Part shown: positions 38,361 to 48,648 of the stretch, piece after piece
Position numbering within the stretch: position 1 is the first letter of the stretch
How the letters are laid out: each line of letters starts with the position of its first letter
Origin: Planctomycetota bacterium
GTDB lineage: Bacteria > Planctomycetota > UBA1135 > UBA2386
DNA length: 64,000 nt
Direction: 5' to 3'
Assembly: GCA_046290465.1 (NCBI GenBank)
Contig: JBKAGP010000001.1
Coordinates: forward strand, 4,480,001-4,544,000
The notes under the pieces: generated by a model
What the model was told of the DNA's origin: nothing
Database searches by the model: none
What the model saw: the letters and a program-made list of their open reading frames with translations, nothing else
Program-made: the position numbers and the translations under genes

Positions 38361-40799
38361 ATGGAATCCCGATTGCGCCTGTTGTTGACCCTGTTGCTGA
38401 CGCTGACCGCGTCGCTGTATGCGCAGGGCGATCCCAAGTTCAAGCTGAAGGCCGCGCTCGAGCCGGCAACGGCCGCGCCGGGCCAGGAGGTCCAGCTGGT
38501 GCTGACCGCGACGACGCAGCACGGCTGGCACGCCTACGGCACGCTCGAGACCAGCAACGTGCCGGTGTCGCTCGACACGTCGGGGCTCGACCTGGTCGGG
38601 CTCGAACGCAACGGTGAGGCCGAGATCCCGCCGGGCATCCCGGACGTCTCGCAGTATGGCACGCAGTATCCGTTGCCCGAGTCGTTCCGCGTGACGGTGC
38701 CGCTGAAGGTCGCGGCCGACGCGAGCGGCGAGCTGAAGGTCGCGGGATCCCTCGGCTACCAGATCTGTGAGCAGGGCCGCTGCGAAGCGCCGAACGAGGC
38801 GCCGTTCGAGGCGGCCGGCAAGCTCAGCGAGGGCAGCGGCGAACCGGTTGCGCAGCAGCCGCAGGAGCCGATCCCGGTGCCGGGCCTCGGCACGGTGCCC
38901 GGCCTGATGCTCGACCCCGACCAGAAGGTCACGATCACGGCGAAGTTCGAACCGGCGATCGTGCGCGCCGGCGAGGTGACGACGCTGGTGCTCGACGTCG
39001 AGGTCGTCGACGGCTGGCATGCCTACGGCGTGCTCGAGACCGGCCAGATCCCGGTCGGCTACGACCCGTCCAAGCAGGACGTCGGCATCCTCGAGTTCGA
39101 AGGCCAGCCGGTGATCCCGCCAGGCGACCCGACGGACTTCCACGGCACGACGCAGTACCAGCTGCCGCACCACTTCGAGGTCAAGCAGACGTTCCGCGTG
39201 CCGGCCGACGCCGAGCCGCGCCAACTCGCGATCGGGGGCGTGCTCGACTACCAGGTCTGCGACGAGAACGGCTGCGACCAGCCGACCGAAGGCGAGTACG
39301 AGGCCGAGCTCGAGATCGAGGCGGGCGAGGCGCGTGAGGGCCGGACCGAGGCGCCGAAGGTCGAGCCGCAGGACGACGGTTCGGTCGGCGAGGAGACGCT
39401 TGCCAGCCCCGACGATCCGTTCGCCAGCTGGTGGACGCTGATCCTCGCGTGCATCGGCGGCGGCCTGTTCGCCCTGGCGATGCCGTGCACCTATCCGATG
39501 ATCCCGATCACGTTCAGCTTCTTCACCAAGCAGGCGGAGAAGACCGGCGGCAACGTGCTGCCGCTGACGATCACCTACGGCCTGGGCATCATCGCGATGT
39601 TCGTGTTCGTCGGGGTCGCGCTCTCGGCGATCATCATCGACGTCGTCAACCACTGGGCGACCAACACCGTCATCGGGGTGATGTTCTTCTTCTTCGCCGC
39701 GGTGCTGTTCGGATGGGTCAACCTGAACCCGCCGCAGTTCATGCAGAAGCTGGCGACCAAGGCGCAGATGTCGGCCATGGGCGGCGGCAACGAAGGGAGC
39801 ACCGGCCTGTCGCTCGGCGGCCTGGCCGGCGTGTTCTTCATGGGTGCCACGCTGGTGCTGACCTCGTTCACCTGCACGGCGCCGATCGTCGGCTCGCTGA
39901 TCGGCGGCATCGCCAAGCACGGCTGGGAAAAGGTCGCCGTCGGCATGGGCATCTTCGGCCTGACGATGGCGATCCCGTTCATGGTGCTGTCGCTGATGCC
40001 GACCAAGGTCAAGGCGATGCCCAAGTCCGGCGAGTGGATGGAGACGCTCAAGATCTCGCTCGGCTTCGTCGAGCTGGCGGCGGCCTTCAAGTTCGTCTCG
40101 ATGGTCGACATCGCGTTCGGCTGGGACGCGCTGCCGCGCGAGCTGTTCCTGATGATCTGGGCTGCGGTGTTCGGCATGTGGGCGCTCTACCTGTTCGGCG
40201 TGATCCGCAAGGCGGGCACGCCGAGCATGGGGGTGAGCAGCGGCCGGATGGCCAGCGGCATGATCGTCACCCTGCTCGCGACCTACTTCTTGTTCGGCGC
40301 GATGGGCAACCGCATGGACTCGATCATGACGAGCTTCGTGCCGGCCTACTCCAACCGCATCGTCATGAAGGGCGAAGGCGGCGCGGCCAAGGTCGAGACG
40401 CACATGGTCGTCAAGGACGACCCGGCGAAGGCGATCGAGGTCGCCAAGGCCGAGGACAAACTCGTGCTCTACAACTTCACCGGCTTCAATTGAGGCAGCT
40501 GCCGCATCATGGAAGAACAGATCTTCCTCGAGGAGGCGGTCGCCTCCCTCATGAAGCAGCACCTGGTCGAAGCGCGTCTGCACACCGATTCGCAGAAGCA
40601 CCTGACCGACGAGCAGTTCGCCAACAACAAGAAGGCGCAGGCGGAGCTCGCCGGCGTCACGACCAACCCGTACTTCGTCATGGTCGACCCGACCACCGGC
40701 GACAAGGTCGCGGAGTTCTCGCTGTCCGGCGGCTTCGGCGCCTGGAAGGGCAACTGGATCCAGTTCTTGCGGGGCGTCGCCAAGAAGACCGGGCGGTAG
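38361..40799 (+). CDS. dsbD: DsbD-type thiol:disulfide interchange protein, probable selenoprotein (in-frame TGA 40491-40493 = Sec711)
   Basis: Two N-terminal Ig-like domains (YQICEQGRC, YQVCDENGC); TM domain with PCTYPMIP and FTCTAP; thioredoxin domain NFTGFN*GSCRIMEE continues in frame to TAG at 40797. Confidence 0.88.
40492..40546 (+). promoter_or_regulatory. Candidate bacterial SECIS stem-loop
   Basis: Upper stem GGAAGA(40511-16)/TCTTCC(40522-27) with loop ACAGA, 23 nt after the UGA; lower pairing GCTGCC/GGCGGT and GAGGC/GCCTC. Confidence 0.65.
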
Positions 40800-40806
40800 T
40801 CGGCGC

Positions 40807-40836
40807 GGCCTGGATGCCGGCTGCGGCATCCAGGCC
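40807..40836. terminator. 13-bp perfect hairpin between convergent genes
   Basis: GGCCTGGATGCCG-GCTG-CGGCATCCAGGCC; no U-tract. Confidence 0.55.
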
Positions 40837-40924
40837 CGTATTCGCGCGCGTCGAAGCCCGCTGGGTTGCGATGCGCAAAGACCGAACGCCTACGGCAACC
40901 GGGCGCAGGGCCCGCTGACGCGGC

Positions 40925-41998
40925 CTACCGACCGCGCCTGCCCTTCGCCTTCTGGAACGGCAGCCGCCCGGCCTCGACGCACCACGTCATCTTCTGCTTC
41001 CACACCCGAGCGCCCTTCTGGTCGTACTCGGCCACCCGCGTGTTCTCCGCGACCAGCGTGTTGCCGTTGGGCAGGCGGTCGGCGTCGCTCGGGGACGACA
41101 GCCCCTTGAGCGTCCAGACGCGCTTGCCCTGCGCGTCGACCTCGACGACCTCGCCCTTGTTGCGCAGTGTGATCAGCGTGTTGCCGTTGGGCAGGCGGTC
41201 CGCGTCGTGGGCATTGGGCATGCCTTCGACCTGCCAGACGATCTTCTTGGCCTCGTTGACCTCGATCACGCGGTCCTTCAGCACGTCGCTGATCAGGTAG
41301 GTGCCGGCCGCAGTCTGCTCGACGTCGAACGGGCGGATGTTGTCGTCGTAGCGCCAGACGGTCTTGCCGTCCTTGTCGACGATCAGCACCTCACTGCCGA
41401 ACGTGTTGGCGATCAGCGTGTTGCCGACCGTGAGGCGCGACGCGCAGTAGGGGTTCTTCAGCCCTTCGTACTGCCAGACCCGCTTGCCGTTGCGGTCGAC
41501 CTCGGTGATCCGGCTGACGCTGAACTCGGTGATCAGCGTGTTGCCGTTGGCGAGGCGCTTGACGTCCCAGGCGCCGAACACGTCGTCGAGCACCCAGACA
41601 TGCTTGCCGTTGGCGTCCATCTCGACGATGCGGTTCTCGGAGTAGTCCGCGACCAGCGTGTTGCCGCGCGGGCCGAACCGCTTCGGGTCCTGACGGTCCG
41701 GATCGCGCTCGTCGTCGGGCGCGACCGCGTGCTGGTCGTCGCCGTCGTCGAGCCACGCGATCCCGCCGACGACGCCGGCACCGCCGAGCAGGCAGGCGGC
41801 GAGCAGCCACCGCGACAGGCGCGTCGCCGGTGGCGGCGCGTGCGCTGCGCGCGACCGCGGTTCGCCCGCGAGGGCGTCGAGGATCCGGCTGGTGAGAGAA
41901 CGGTCGGGGCCGAGGCCGCCGAGCTCCGTCAAGGTCGCTTCCATCTGCATCTCCTCCGCACGTTGTCGTGCCGTTGGTCGGTCTTCTCGTTGGGTCAT
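40925..41998 (-). CDS. Putative anti-sigma factor with extracytoplasmic beta-propeller
   Basis: ATGA overlap with the ECF sigma gene; one TM; repeats of RLxNGNTLI..V.EVDxxGKxVW. Confidence 0.75.
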   Translation of the reverse strand: MTQREDRPTARQRAEEMQMEATLTELGGLGPDRSLTSRILDALAGEPRSRAAHAPPPATRLSRWLLAACLLGGAGVVGGIAWLDDGDDQHAVAPDDERDPDRQDPKRFGPRGNTLVADYSENRIVEMDANGKHVWVLDDVFGAWDVKRLANGNTLITEFSVSRITEVDRNGKRVWQYEGLKNPYCASRLTVGNTLIANTFGSEVLIVDKDGKTVWRYDDNIRPFDVEQTAAGTYLISDVLKDRVIEVNEAKKIVWQVEGMPNAHDADRLPNGNTLITLRNKGEVVEVDAQGKRVWTLKGLSSPSDADRLPNGNTLVAENTRVAEYDQKGARVWKQKMTWCVEAGRLPFQKAKGRRGR

Positions 41999-42510
41999 CG
42001 CATCGTCCTCCCGATGCAGTCGCGCAGCAGCTTGCGGGTGCGCTGCAGCAGCGTCTTGAGTCCGTTGGGCTGCAGGTCGAGCGCGCGCGCGACGGCGTCA
42101 CGGTCCTGCGCGTCGTCGGCTCCGATGCCGTAGCTGAGCTCGATCGCGCGCCGCGCCCGCCCGTCGAGCCGCTGCATGCAGACCGCCAGGGCGTCGACCA
42201 GGCCGTCGCCACCGTCGCGCTCGGCGTCGCGATCCCACAGCGCGTCGACCTCGTCCATCAGCGCCGGGTCGCGCTGGCGATCCCGCACGTGGTGCAGCCA
42301 CGCGAAGCGCGCCGAGCGCCGCAAGAACGTCCAGGCTGCCGCCGGCTCCAGGTCGAGCGCGCCCTTCTGCAGCGCCGTGACGAACGTCTCCTGCGCCAGG
42401 TCGTCCGCCTCGTGCGGCGTCGCGCCGTGCATGCGCAGGTAGCGCCAGACCGGACGCAGGTGCCGATCGACGAACGCGCGCGCAGAAATGGCGGGTTCTC
42501 GATGGTTCAT
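41995..42510 (-). CDS. ECF RNA polymerase sigma factor
   Basis: ADDLAQETF, WTFL..AR, CMQRL, KTLLQRTRKLLRDC. Confidence 0.9.
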   Translation of the reverse strand: MNHREPAISARAFVDRHLRPVWRYLRMHGATPHEADDLAQETFVTALQKGALDLEPAAAWTFLRRSARFAWLHHVRDRQRDPALMDEVDALWDRDAERDGGDGLVDALAVCMQRLDGRARRAIELSYGIGADDAQDRDAVARALDLQPNGLKTLLQRTRKLLRDCIGRTMR

Positions 42511-42738
42511 CGCGGGGGCCGTGGACGTCAGCTGCACGCACCTCAATGCCCCGAGGCGCGTAGGTGCTATTCAACAAGTTCGAGAAAACCGCCGTGCCGT
42601 CGCGGCCGCGGCGGGTCCAGGTGACGCCGGCCTGCGCAGCGGCGCAAGCCCAGGAGCGTAGGGGATCGCCCCCGAGTCGCTTCGCGTAGGGGAGAAACCC
42701 ATCGAGAACCCGTCGAAATGCGTCCGATCGGGAGTGCG

Positions 42739-43848
42739 ATGATGAGAGGAAGGAGCATTTCGGTGCGGTTGACGAGCATCGCGGCAGCGCTGTTCGCGGC
42801 CATCGGAACGGGGGCCTACGCGGTCGGCGCGGGCGCGCCGTTCGCGTTCGGCACGTTGCTCTCCGGGCTGCTGGTGGCCGGGCTGCCGGCGGCGCTGCTG
42901 GCCGGAACCGCCTACCGCTGGCTGATCCAGCGCTGGCTGGTCCGGCCGCTGCGCACGCTCGACGAGCGCCTCAGCGAGATGTCGATCGGCAACTGCGACC
43001 TGACCAGGCGGGTCGGGCTCAGCCGTCCCGACGAGATCGGCGCAGCCGCGATGCACTTCGATGCGTTCGTCGCGCGCGTGCAGGACGCGCTGTCGGGTGC
43101 GGTGTCGCTGAGCCTCGACGCCGACAACGCGGCCTCGATCATCGCGACCGAGTCGCAGCGCCTCGCGACCAGCGCGTCGACCAACGCGGCGACGATCGAG
43201 GAGGTCATGGCGACGCTCGGTGAGATCAACGACCTGTCCTCGAAGACGGCCGACTCGTGCCAGAGCGCCGCGCAGGGCGCCGAACGGGCCAAGGAGGCGG
43301 TCGCCAAGGGCAACTCGGAGGTCGACCGCCTGACCGAGGCGATGGACGAGATCCGCGAGTCGAGCCAGACGATCACCAAGGTCGTCGGCGTGATCCAGGA
43401 CGTGTCGTTCCAGACCAACCTGCTGGCGCTCAACGCAGCGGTCGAAGCCGCGCGCGCCGGCGAAGCCGGCAAGGGCTTCGCCGTCGTCGCCGAAGAGGTG
43501 CGCAGCCTCGCACAGCGCAGTGCGTCGGCGGCGTCGGAGACCAGTTCGCTGATCGAGGAGGCCTGTCGACGCGCCGAGCGTGGCGGCGCGATCGCCGAGG
43601 AGGTCGCGCTGGTGCTCGGGCAGATCCACTCGGAGACGATGCAGGTCGGCCGGCTGCTCGGCGGTGCCGCCGAGGAGGTCGTGCACCAGAGCGAGAACGT
43701 CGGCATGGTCACGCGCGGCCTCGACTCGCTGGGCCAGACGTCGCAGGACAACGCGGCGAGCGCCGAAGAGCTGGCGGTGGCGTCCGCGCAGAGTTCGGGG
43801 CAGATCAAGCGGCTGCAAGAACTCGTCGGCGCGTTCCAGGTGTCGTAG
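42739..43848 (+). CDS. Methyl-accepting chemotaxis protein (TM-TM-HAMP-signalling)
   Basis: [48 protein letters not shown]. Confidence 0.95.
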   Translation: MMRGRSISVRLTSIAAALFAAIGTGAYAVGAGAPFAFGTLLSGLLVAGLPAALLAGTAYRWLIQRWLVRPLRTLDERLSEMSIGNCDLTRRVGLSRPDEIGAAAMHFDAFVARVQDALSGAVSLSLDADNAASIIATESQRLATSASTNAATIEEVMATLGEINDLSSKTADSCQSAAQGAERAKEAVAKGNSEVDRLTEAMDEIRESSQTITKVVGVIQDVSFQTNLLALNAAVEAARAGEAGKGFAVVAEEVRSLAQRSASAASETSSLIEEACRRAERGGAIAEEVALVLGQIHSETMQVGRLLGGAAEEVVHQSENVGMVTRGLDSLGQTSQDNAASAEELAVASAQSSGQIKRLQELVGAFQVS

Positions 43849-43961
43849 CGATTCGCGCTACAAGCTTGGGGTGAAGACTTGATGAGGTCGCGCAAATAGC
43901 GTGGCCTCTGCCGCCGTGGCAGGCGTAGTGTCGCCGGCTCTCGCCACCTTCCTCCACCTCG

Positions 43962-45488
43962 ATGCCCCCACCAGCCGGCGCTGCCCCCGCGCCAGCCGCC
44001 TGGGACGCAGCGACGCCCAGCACCACCTCGAAGCTTCGAGTCGGGCGTTCGTGCGCGTGCCTGGCGCTGGTCGTGTTCGGACTCCTCACGTGGTTCGTCG
44101 TCCCGCACGGGATCGGGCTGTCGTGGCGCGAGTGCGACACGCAGGCGATCGCGCGCAACTTCCTGCTCGACGGGTTCGACCCGCTGCGGCCGCGGGTCGA
44201 CTGGCGCGGGGCCACCGACGGCGCCGTCGAGTGCGAGTTTCCGCTCTACCAGCTGGCGATCGCGTCGGTGATGGCGGCGTTCGGTGAGGCCGAGTGGCCG
44301 GGCCGGCTGCTGTCGTTGCTCGCGACGCTGTGGGCCGCCGTTTCGTTGTACCGGCTGCTCGAACTACGCACGGGCGCACGCGGCGCGCTGGCCGGACTGC
44401 TGACGTTCCTGACCTGCGGCAGCACGCTGCTGGTCGCGACGCGCGTGATGCCCGATGCGTTCAGCCAGGCGCTGTCGATCGCGAGTCTGACCGCGTTCGT
44501 GCGCTACCTCGGCTCGGGCAGTCGGGTCGCGCTGTGGACCAGCGTGGCGGCGTTGACGTTCGGTGCGCTGCAGAAGCCACTGGCGCTGCAGGTCGGCTGG
44601 ATCCTGTTCGGCTGGGCGCTGTTCCTGGCGCCGCGCCGCCTCCGCGATCCACAGCTGTGGCTCGGCTTCGGGGTGGTGCTGGCCTTGGTCGCCGCATGGC
44701 TGCTGCACGGCAAGGTGCTGCACGAGGAGACCGGGTTGACGTTCGGCGTGCTGAGCGGCGGCGACACCAAGTTCCCCGACGCCGAGCATCTGCTGTCGCC
44801 CAAGATCCACGCGCAGCTGGCCTGGACCACCGTGCAGTACGGCCTGTCGCCGCTCGGCCTGCTGGCGGCCGTCGTGCTGCTGCTGCGGCGCCGGCTCGAC
44901 CGCGCGGACGCGGTGCTGCTCGGATCGGTGGTGGCAGCCCTCTACCTGTCGCTGCGCTACAGCTACCACCAAGGCATGGGGCCGCACTACCACGGCTTCG
45001 CGGCCGTCGCCGGCTCCTGGTGCGTCGCGCGGCTGTTCGGGGGCGGCGTGCCGCGCTGGCTGTGGCTCGCCCTGCTGGCGGGCGTGCTCGCGCAGGGGGC
45101 GTGGCGGCTGTCGACCGAGGCGCGCACGCGGCACGACATGGTCGACAACCCGATGCTCGACGTCGCCGCGTCGATCCGGCGAATGAGCCTGCACGACGAA
45201 CGGATCGTCGTGCGCAGCCAGAAGCGCCGCGTCGACCCGGTGTGGCACCGGCGCAACAACTTCGAGGACCCGCGCCTGTTCTACCAGACGCGCCTGCACG
45301 GCTGGGCGCTGCCCGCCGACGGCTTCGAGCCGCTCGCGCTGGAGCGGCTGCAGGCGCGCGGGGCCGCGCTGGTGTTCGACTGGGCCGGGGGCGCCCGCAG
45401 CCCGGCGCGCGACTGGCTGGAGCAGCACGCCGAGGTGCTGTTCGACCGGCCTGCGGGTCGGCTCTACCGGCTGCGATCGGGCGAGTAG
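43962..45488 (+). CDS. GT-C fold glycosyltransferase (ArnT/PMT-like)
   Basis: WRECDTQAIARNF..EFPLY..GRLLS..MPD; polytopic. Confidence 0.85.
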   Translation: MPPPAGAAPAPAAWDAATPSTTSKLRVGRSCACLALVVFGLLTWFVVPHGIGLSWRECDTQAIARNFLLDGFDPLRPRVDWRGATDGAVECEFPLYQLAIASVMAAFGEAEWPGRLLSLLATLWAAVSLYRLLELRTGARGALAGLLTFLTCGSTLLVATRVMPDAFSQALSIASLTAFVRYLGSGSRVALWTSVAALTFGALQKPLALQVGWILFGWALFLAPRRLRDPQLWLGFGVVLALVAAWLLHGKVLHEETGLTFGVLSGGDTKFPDAEHLLSPKIHAQLAWTTVQYGLSPLGLLAAVVLLLRRRLDRADAVLLGSVVAALYLSLRYSYHQGMGPHYHGFAAVAGSWCVARLFGGGVPRWLWLALLAGVLAQGAWRLSTEARTRHDMVDNPMLDVAASIRRMSLHDERIVVRSQKRRVDPVWHRRNNFEDPRLFYQTRLHGWALPADGFEPLALERLQARGAALVFDWAGGARSPARDWLEQHAEVLFDRPAGRLYRLRSGE

Positions 45489-45551
45489 AGAAAAATCGGA
45501 ATGGTCGTTCCGCTCCCGGCCCGCGCTCGCGGTGACCAGGGCAAGGAGCAC

Positions 45552-46775
45552 ATGACCATGACCAACTTCCGCAACGTCCTTCTTCTCTCGCTCGGTTTCG
45601 CCCTGACGGGCAGCGCGCTGGCGCAGAACCACATCACCGTCGGCGTCACGCCCGGCCAGACGACCACTGGCAGCGGTTCCATCGGCGTCACCGTCGGCGG
45701 CCACGGCACCGTGCCGGTCAACGTCCCGGCCGGCACCGGCTCGCTCGGGATCGCGACCGCGACAGCCAACGCGCTGACGGCCCAGGGCTTCACCGTCACG
45801 CAGAACGGCACCGACGTGACCATCACGGCCGGCCCCGGCGGCGCGCCGCTGATGCACGGCGGCGGCATCGGCAGCACCGACGGCGGCGTCACCGGCGTCA
45901 AGTGCAAGGTCCAGAAGGCGCCCGGCGGTGGCGGCGGTCCGGGCGGCGGGCCGGGCGCCAACGCGCAGCGCAACGTCGGCGGCCAGGTGCGCCAGGCCAA
46001 CCCCAACGGCCAGGCGCAGTCGACCGGCAGCCTGCAGGTCGACGTCGAGGTGATCAAGGTCGTCAACGGCGTGCCGACGCTGCTGTGGGTGCAGGTCGTG
46101 GTGCCGGTGTTCGCCGGCGACGACGGCCAGGCGATCAACGACCGCGCCCGGCAGATGATGCAGCAGCAGGGCCTGATCGTGAACGACCTCACGCTGCCGC
46201 CGGCGGTCGCGCCGATCACCCCGATCCCGCCGGCGGCGTTCGGCATCGACCGCACGGTCGACGGCGGCAAGGTGCAGGGCGTGCAGGTCGAGGCCACCGG
46301 CGGCGCCAAGGACGTCTTCGGCGCGACCGAAGCCGGCGCCGCCCGCACGCCCGACACCGGTGCGGCCGAATACGATCGCTCGATCGACGAGAACGGCCAG
46401 GACACCGGCGACTTCGCGGTCTTCCAGGGGCTGCCGATCCTCGGGCAGGGCGGTGTGATCGAGGCGTTCACCGCGCCCAACCAGTTCGGCATCTTCGCGC
46501 TGCAGTTCGGTCCCGGCGGCCTGCTGCAGGCTCCCAACGTGCCGCTGCCGTTCGGTCCGGGGTTCTACATGCCGCTCGACCCGTTCGGCGCGCAGCTGCA
46601 CGCCACGATCACCGACCCGCTCGGCCAGATGCAGATGCCGCTGCCGATCCCGCCGATGCCGCAGCTGGTCGGCCTCGAGCTGCAGACCGCGGCGCTGACG
46701 CTCGACCCGACGGGCCAGACGCTGTTCGACGGCGTCAAGCGCACCAACGCGCTGACGATCCGGGTCGGCCAGTGA
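45552..46775 (+). CDS. Secreted Gly-rich protein with conserved C-terminal domain
   Basis: RBS AAGGAG; signal ALAQ; C-terminal LDP..IPPMPQLVGLELQ..TNALTIRVG. Confidence 0.75.
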   Translation: MTMTNFRNVLLLSLGFALTGSALAQNHITVGVTPGQTTTGSGSIGVTVGGHGTVPVNVPAGTGSLGIATATANALTAQGFTVTQNGTDVTITAGPGGAPLMHGGGIGSTDGGVTGVKCKVQKAPGGGGGPGGGPGANAQRNVGGQVRQANPNGQAQSTGSLQVDVEVIKVVNGVPTLLWVQVVVPVFAGDDGQAINDRARQMMQQQGLIVNDLTLPPAVAPITPIPPAAFGIDRTVDGGKVQGVQVEATGGAKDVFGATEAGAARTPDTGAAEYDRSIDENGQDTGDFAVFQGLPILGQGGVIEAFTAPNQFGIFALQFGPGGLLQAPNVPLPFGPGFYMPLDPFGAQLHATITDPLGQMQMPLPIPPMPQLVGLELQTAALTLDPTGQTLFDGVKRTNALTIRVGQ

Positions 46776-46890
46776 CAGCGAGCCGTCGGCGGGCATCTGC
46801 CGACCGCTTGTGCGAAGCTTGTGCGAGCCCGCCGGCGATGACGTCGGCGGGCTCACTTCGTTTCGGGCTTCGACCGATATAACGGGCACT

Positions 46891-48081
46891 GTGGCGACCC
46901 CGCGCGACATCATCATCTTCTGCGGCCAGGACTGGTGGTACCACAACCGCGCGCACAGCGACTTCCAGCTGATGACGCGCGCGGCGAAGCACCGCAGGGT
47001 GCTGTTGGTCAACTCGATCGGCATGCGCATGCCGATGCCGGGCCGCTCGCCGCTGCCGTTCAAGCGCATCTTCCGCAAGCTCAAGAGCATGATGCGCTCG
47101 GTGCGGCGGCCCTTGCCGGACACGCCGGACTTCACCGTGATGACGCCGATCCTGTTTCCGTTCTACGGGAGCGAGAAGGCGCGGCAGTTCAACGCCAACA
47201 GCATCCGCAAGCAGGTCTCGCGGGTCGCCAGGAAGATGGGCATGGTCGACCCGCACATCATCGTGACGGTGCCGACCGCGTGGGACGTCGCCAAGGAGAT
47301 GCCGCGCAGCTCGCTGGTCTACAACCGCAGCGACAAGCACTCGGCGTTCGGCGAGGCCGACCAGGGCCTGATCGCGGACTTCGAGCGCGCGCTGCTGAGC
47401 AACAGCGACGGCGTGCTCTACTCGAGCCGGGCGTTCCTCGACAGCGAGCGTGAGCTGACCGGGGATCGCGCGTTCTTCCTCGACCATGGCGTCGACAAGC
47501 AGCACTTCCACCGGCGCGAACGAACGGGCGCACTCGACGGACTGGACTGCAAGCGGCCGGTCGTCGGCTTCTTCGGCGGCCTCGACGACTACGTGATCGA
47601 CTTCGACCTGCTCGAGCGCTGCGCGGTAGAACGACCGGACTACTCGCTGGTGCTGATCGGCGATGCGACGCTGCCGATGGACCGCCTGACGCGGCATCCC
47701 AACGTGCGCCACCTGGGCTTCCGGCCCTACAGCGAGATCCCGCACCTCGGCGCCGACTTCGACGTGTCGATCATGCCGTGGCTCGACAACGACTGGATCC
47801 GCCACTGCAACCCGATCAAGCTCAAGGAATACCTGTCGCTCGGCCAGGAGGTCGTGACGACCTGGTTCCCCGAAGCCGAGCACTACCTCGACCACCTGCA
47901 CATCGGTCGCACCGGGGACGAGTTCCTGCAGCGCATCGACGAGGTCGTCGCCGGCGCGAGGTCGCCGGGCGACCGCGACGCCCTGCTCGCCAAGGCGACC
48001 TGGGACGATCGCACCGAGGAGCTGATCGCCTACCTGGACTCGCTCAACGTCGCCGCCGCGCCGACGGCGGCGTGCGGCTGA
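46891..48081 (+). CDS. Glycosyltransferase family 1/4 (TuaH-like)
   Basis: DHGVD, VGFFGGL..DFDLL, NVRHLG, NPIKLKEYL. Confidence 0.9.
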   Translation: MATPRDIIIFCGQDWWYHNRAHSDFQLMTRAAKHRRVLLVNSIGMRMPMPGRSPLPFKRIFRKLKSMMRSVRRPLPDTPDFTVMTPILFPFYGSEKARQFNANSIRKQVSRVARKMGMVDPHIIVTVPTAWDVAKEMPRSSLVYNRSDKHSAFGEADQGLIADFERALLSNSDGVLYSSRAFLDSERELTGDRAFFLDHGVDKQHFHRRERTGALDGLDCKRPVVGFFGGLDDYVIDFDLLERCAVERPDYSLVLIGDATLPMDRLTRHPNVRHLGFRPYSEIPHLGADFDVSIMPWLDNDWIRHCNPIKLKEYLSLGQEVVTTWFPEAEHYLDHLHIGRTGDEFLQRIDEVVAGARSPGDRDALLAKATWDDRTEELIAYLDSLNVAAAPTAACG

Positions 48082-48084
48082 TCA

Positions 48085-48573
48085 TCACGGCCGCGGCCGG
48101 CGAAACGACAGGATCAGCATCAGGGCAGCGACCGCGATCGCCGCGATCCCTGCCGCGAACACCAGGGTAGCCGTCGGCGGCTTTGGGCTGGCCAGGTCCC
48201 GGTCGTAGACCGGAGCTCCGTCGCGGCTGAGGACCAGGATCGGGATCGGCAGCTTCGAAGCCGACTGCGCCCGGATGCGTTCGCGGGCGACGTGCTGGAC
48301 CTCGACGGTGGCTCCGACCTCGGCCGCTGCGAGCAACCTGGGTTCGACGCCTTCGAGCTTCTGCAGGTGGTTGATCGTGTAGCGATCCTCATCGTCGACG
48401 AGCGTCATCGAGAACACGCGGCCGAGCTTGCGTGAGTCGCGGGTGCCGCTCTCGGCAACGACGCCGCGCGTCGTGACCCATGCGTCCCGCGGCGCGGGGT
48501 CGGAGTTGGCGGCCGACATCATGAAGGCGCCGATCGCGGCGAACAGGACAGCGAGGAGACGAACGACGATCAC
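48085..48573 (-). CDS. Small two-TM membrane protein
   Basis: N- and C-terminal hydrophobic helices; TRGVVAES motif. Confidence 0.6.
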   Translation of the reverse strand: MIVVRLLAVLFAAIGAFMMSAANSDPAPRDAWVTTRGVVAESGTRDSRKLGRVFSMTLVDDEDRYTINHLQKLEGVEPRLLAAAEVGATVEVQHVARERIRAQSASKLPIPILVLSRDGAPVYDRDLASPKPPTATLVFAAGIAAIAVAALMLILSFRRPRP

Positions 48574-48648
48574 GGTGCTTTCTGGTGGGGGGACGAGTCC
48601 GAGACCATAGGAAACCGTGCCGCCAGCGCGAGGCCGTCGCCCGCCCGG

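Noticed and set aside
42700..42730. Sigma28 promoter or c-di-GMP riboswitch before the MCP
   Set aside because: The CCGAT core is present but the spacing and -35 do not fit; GEMM landmarks are absent.
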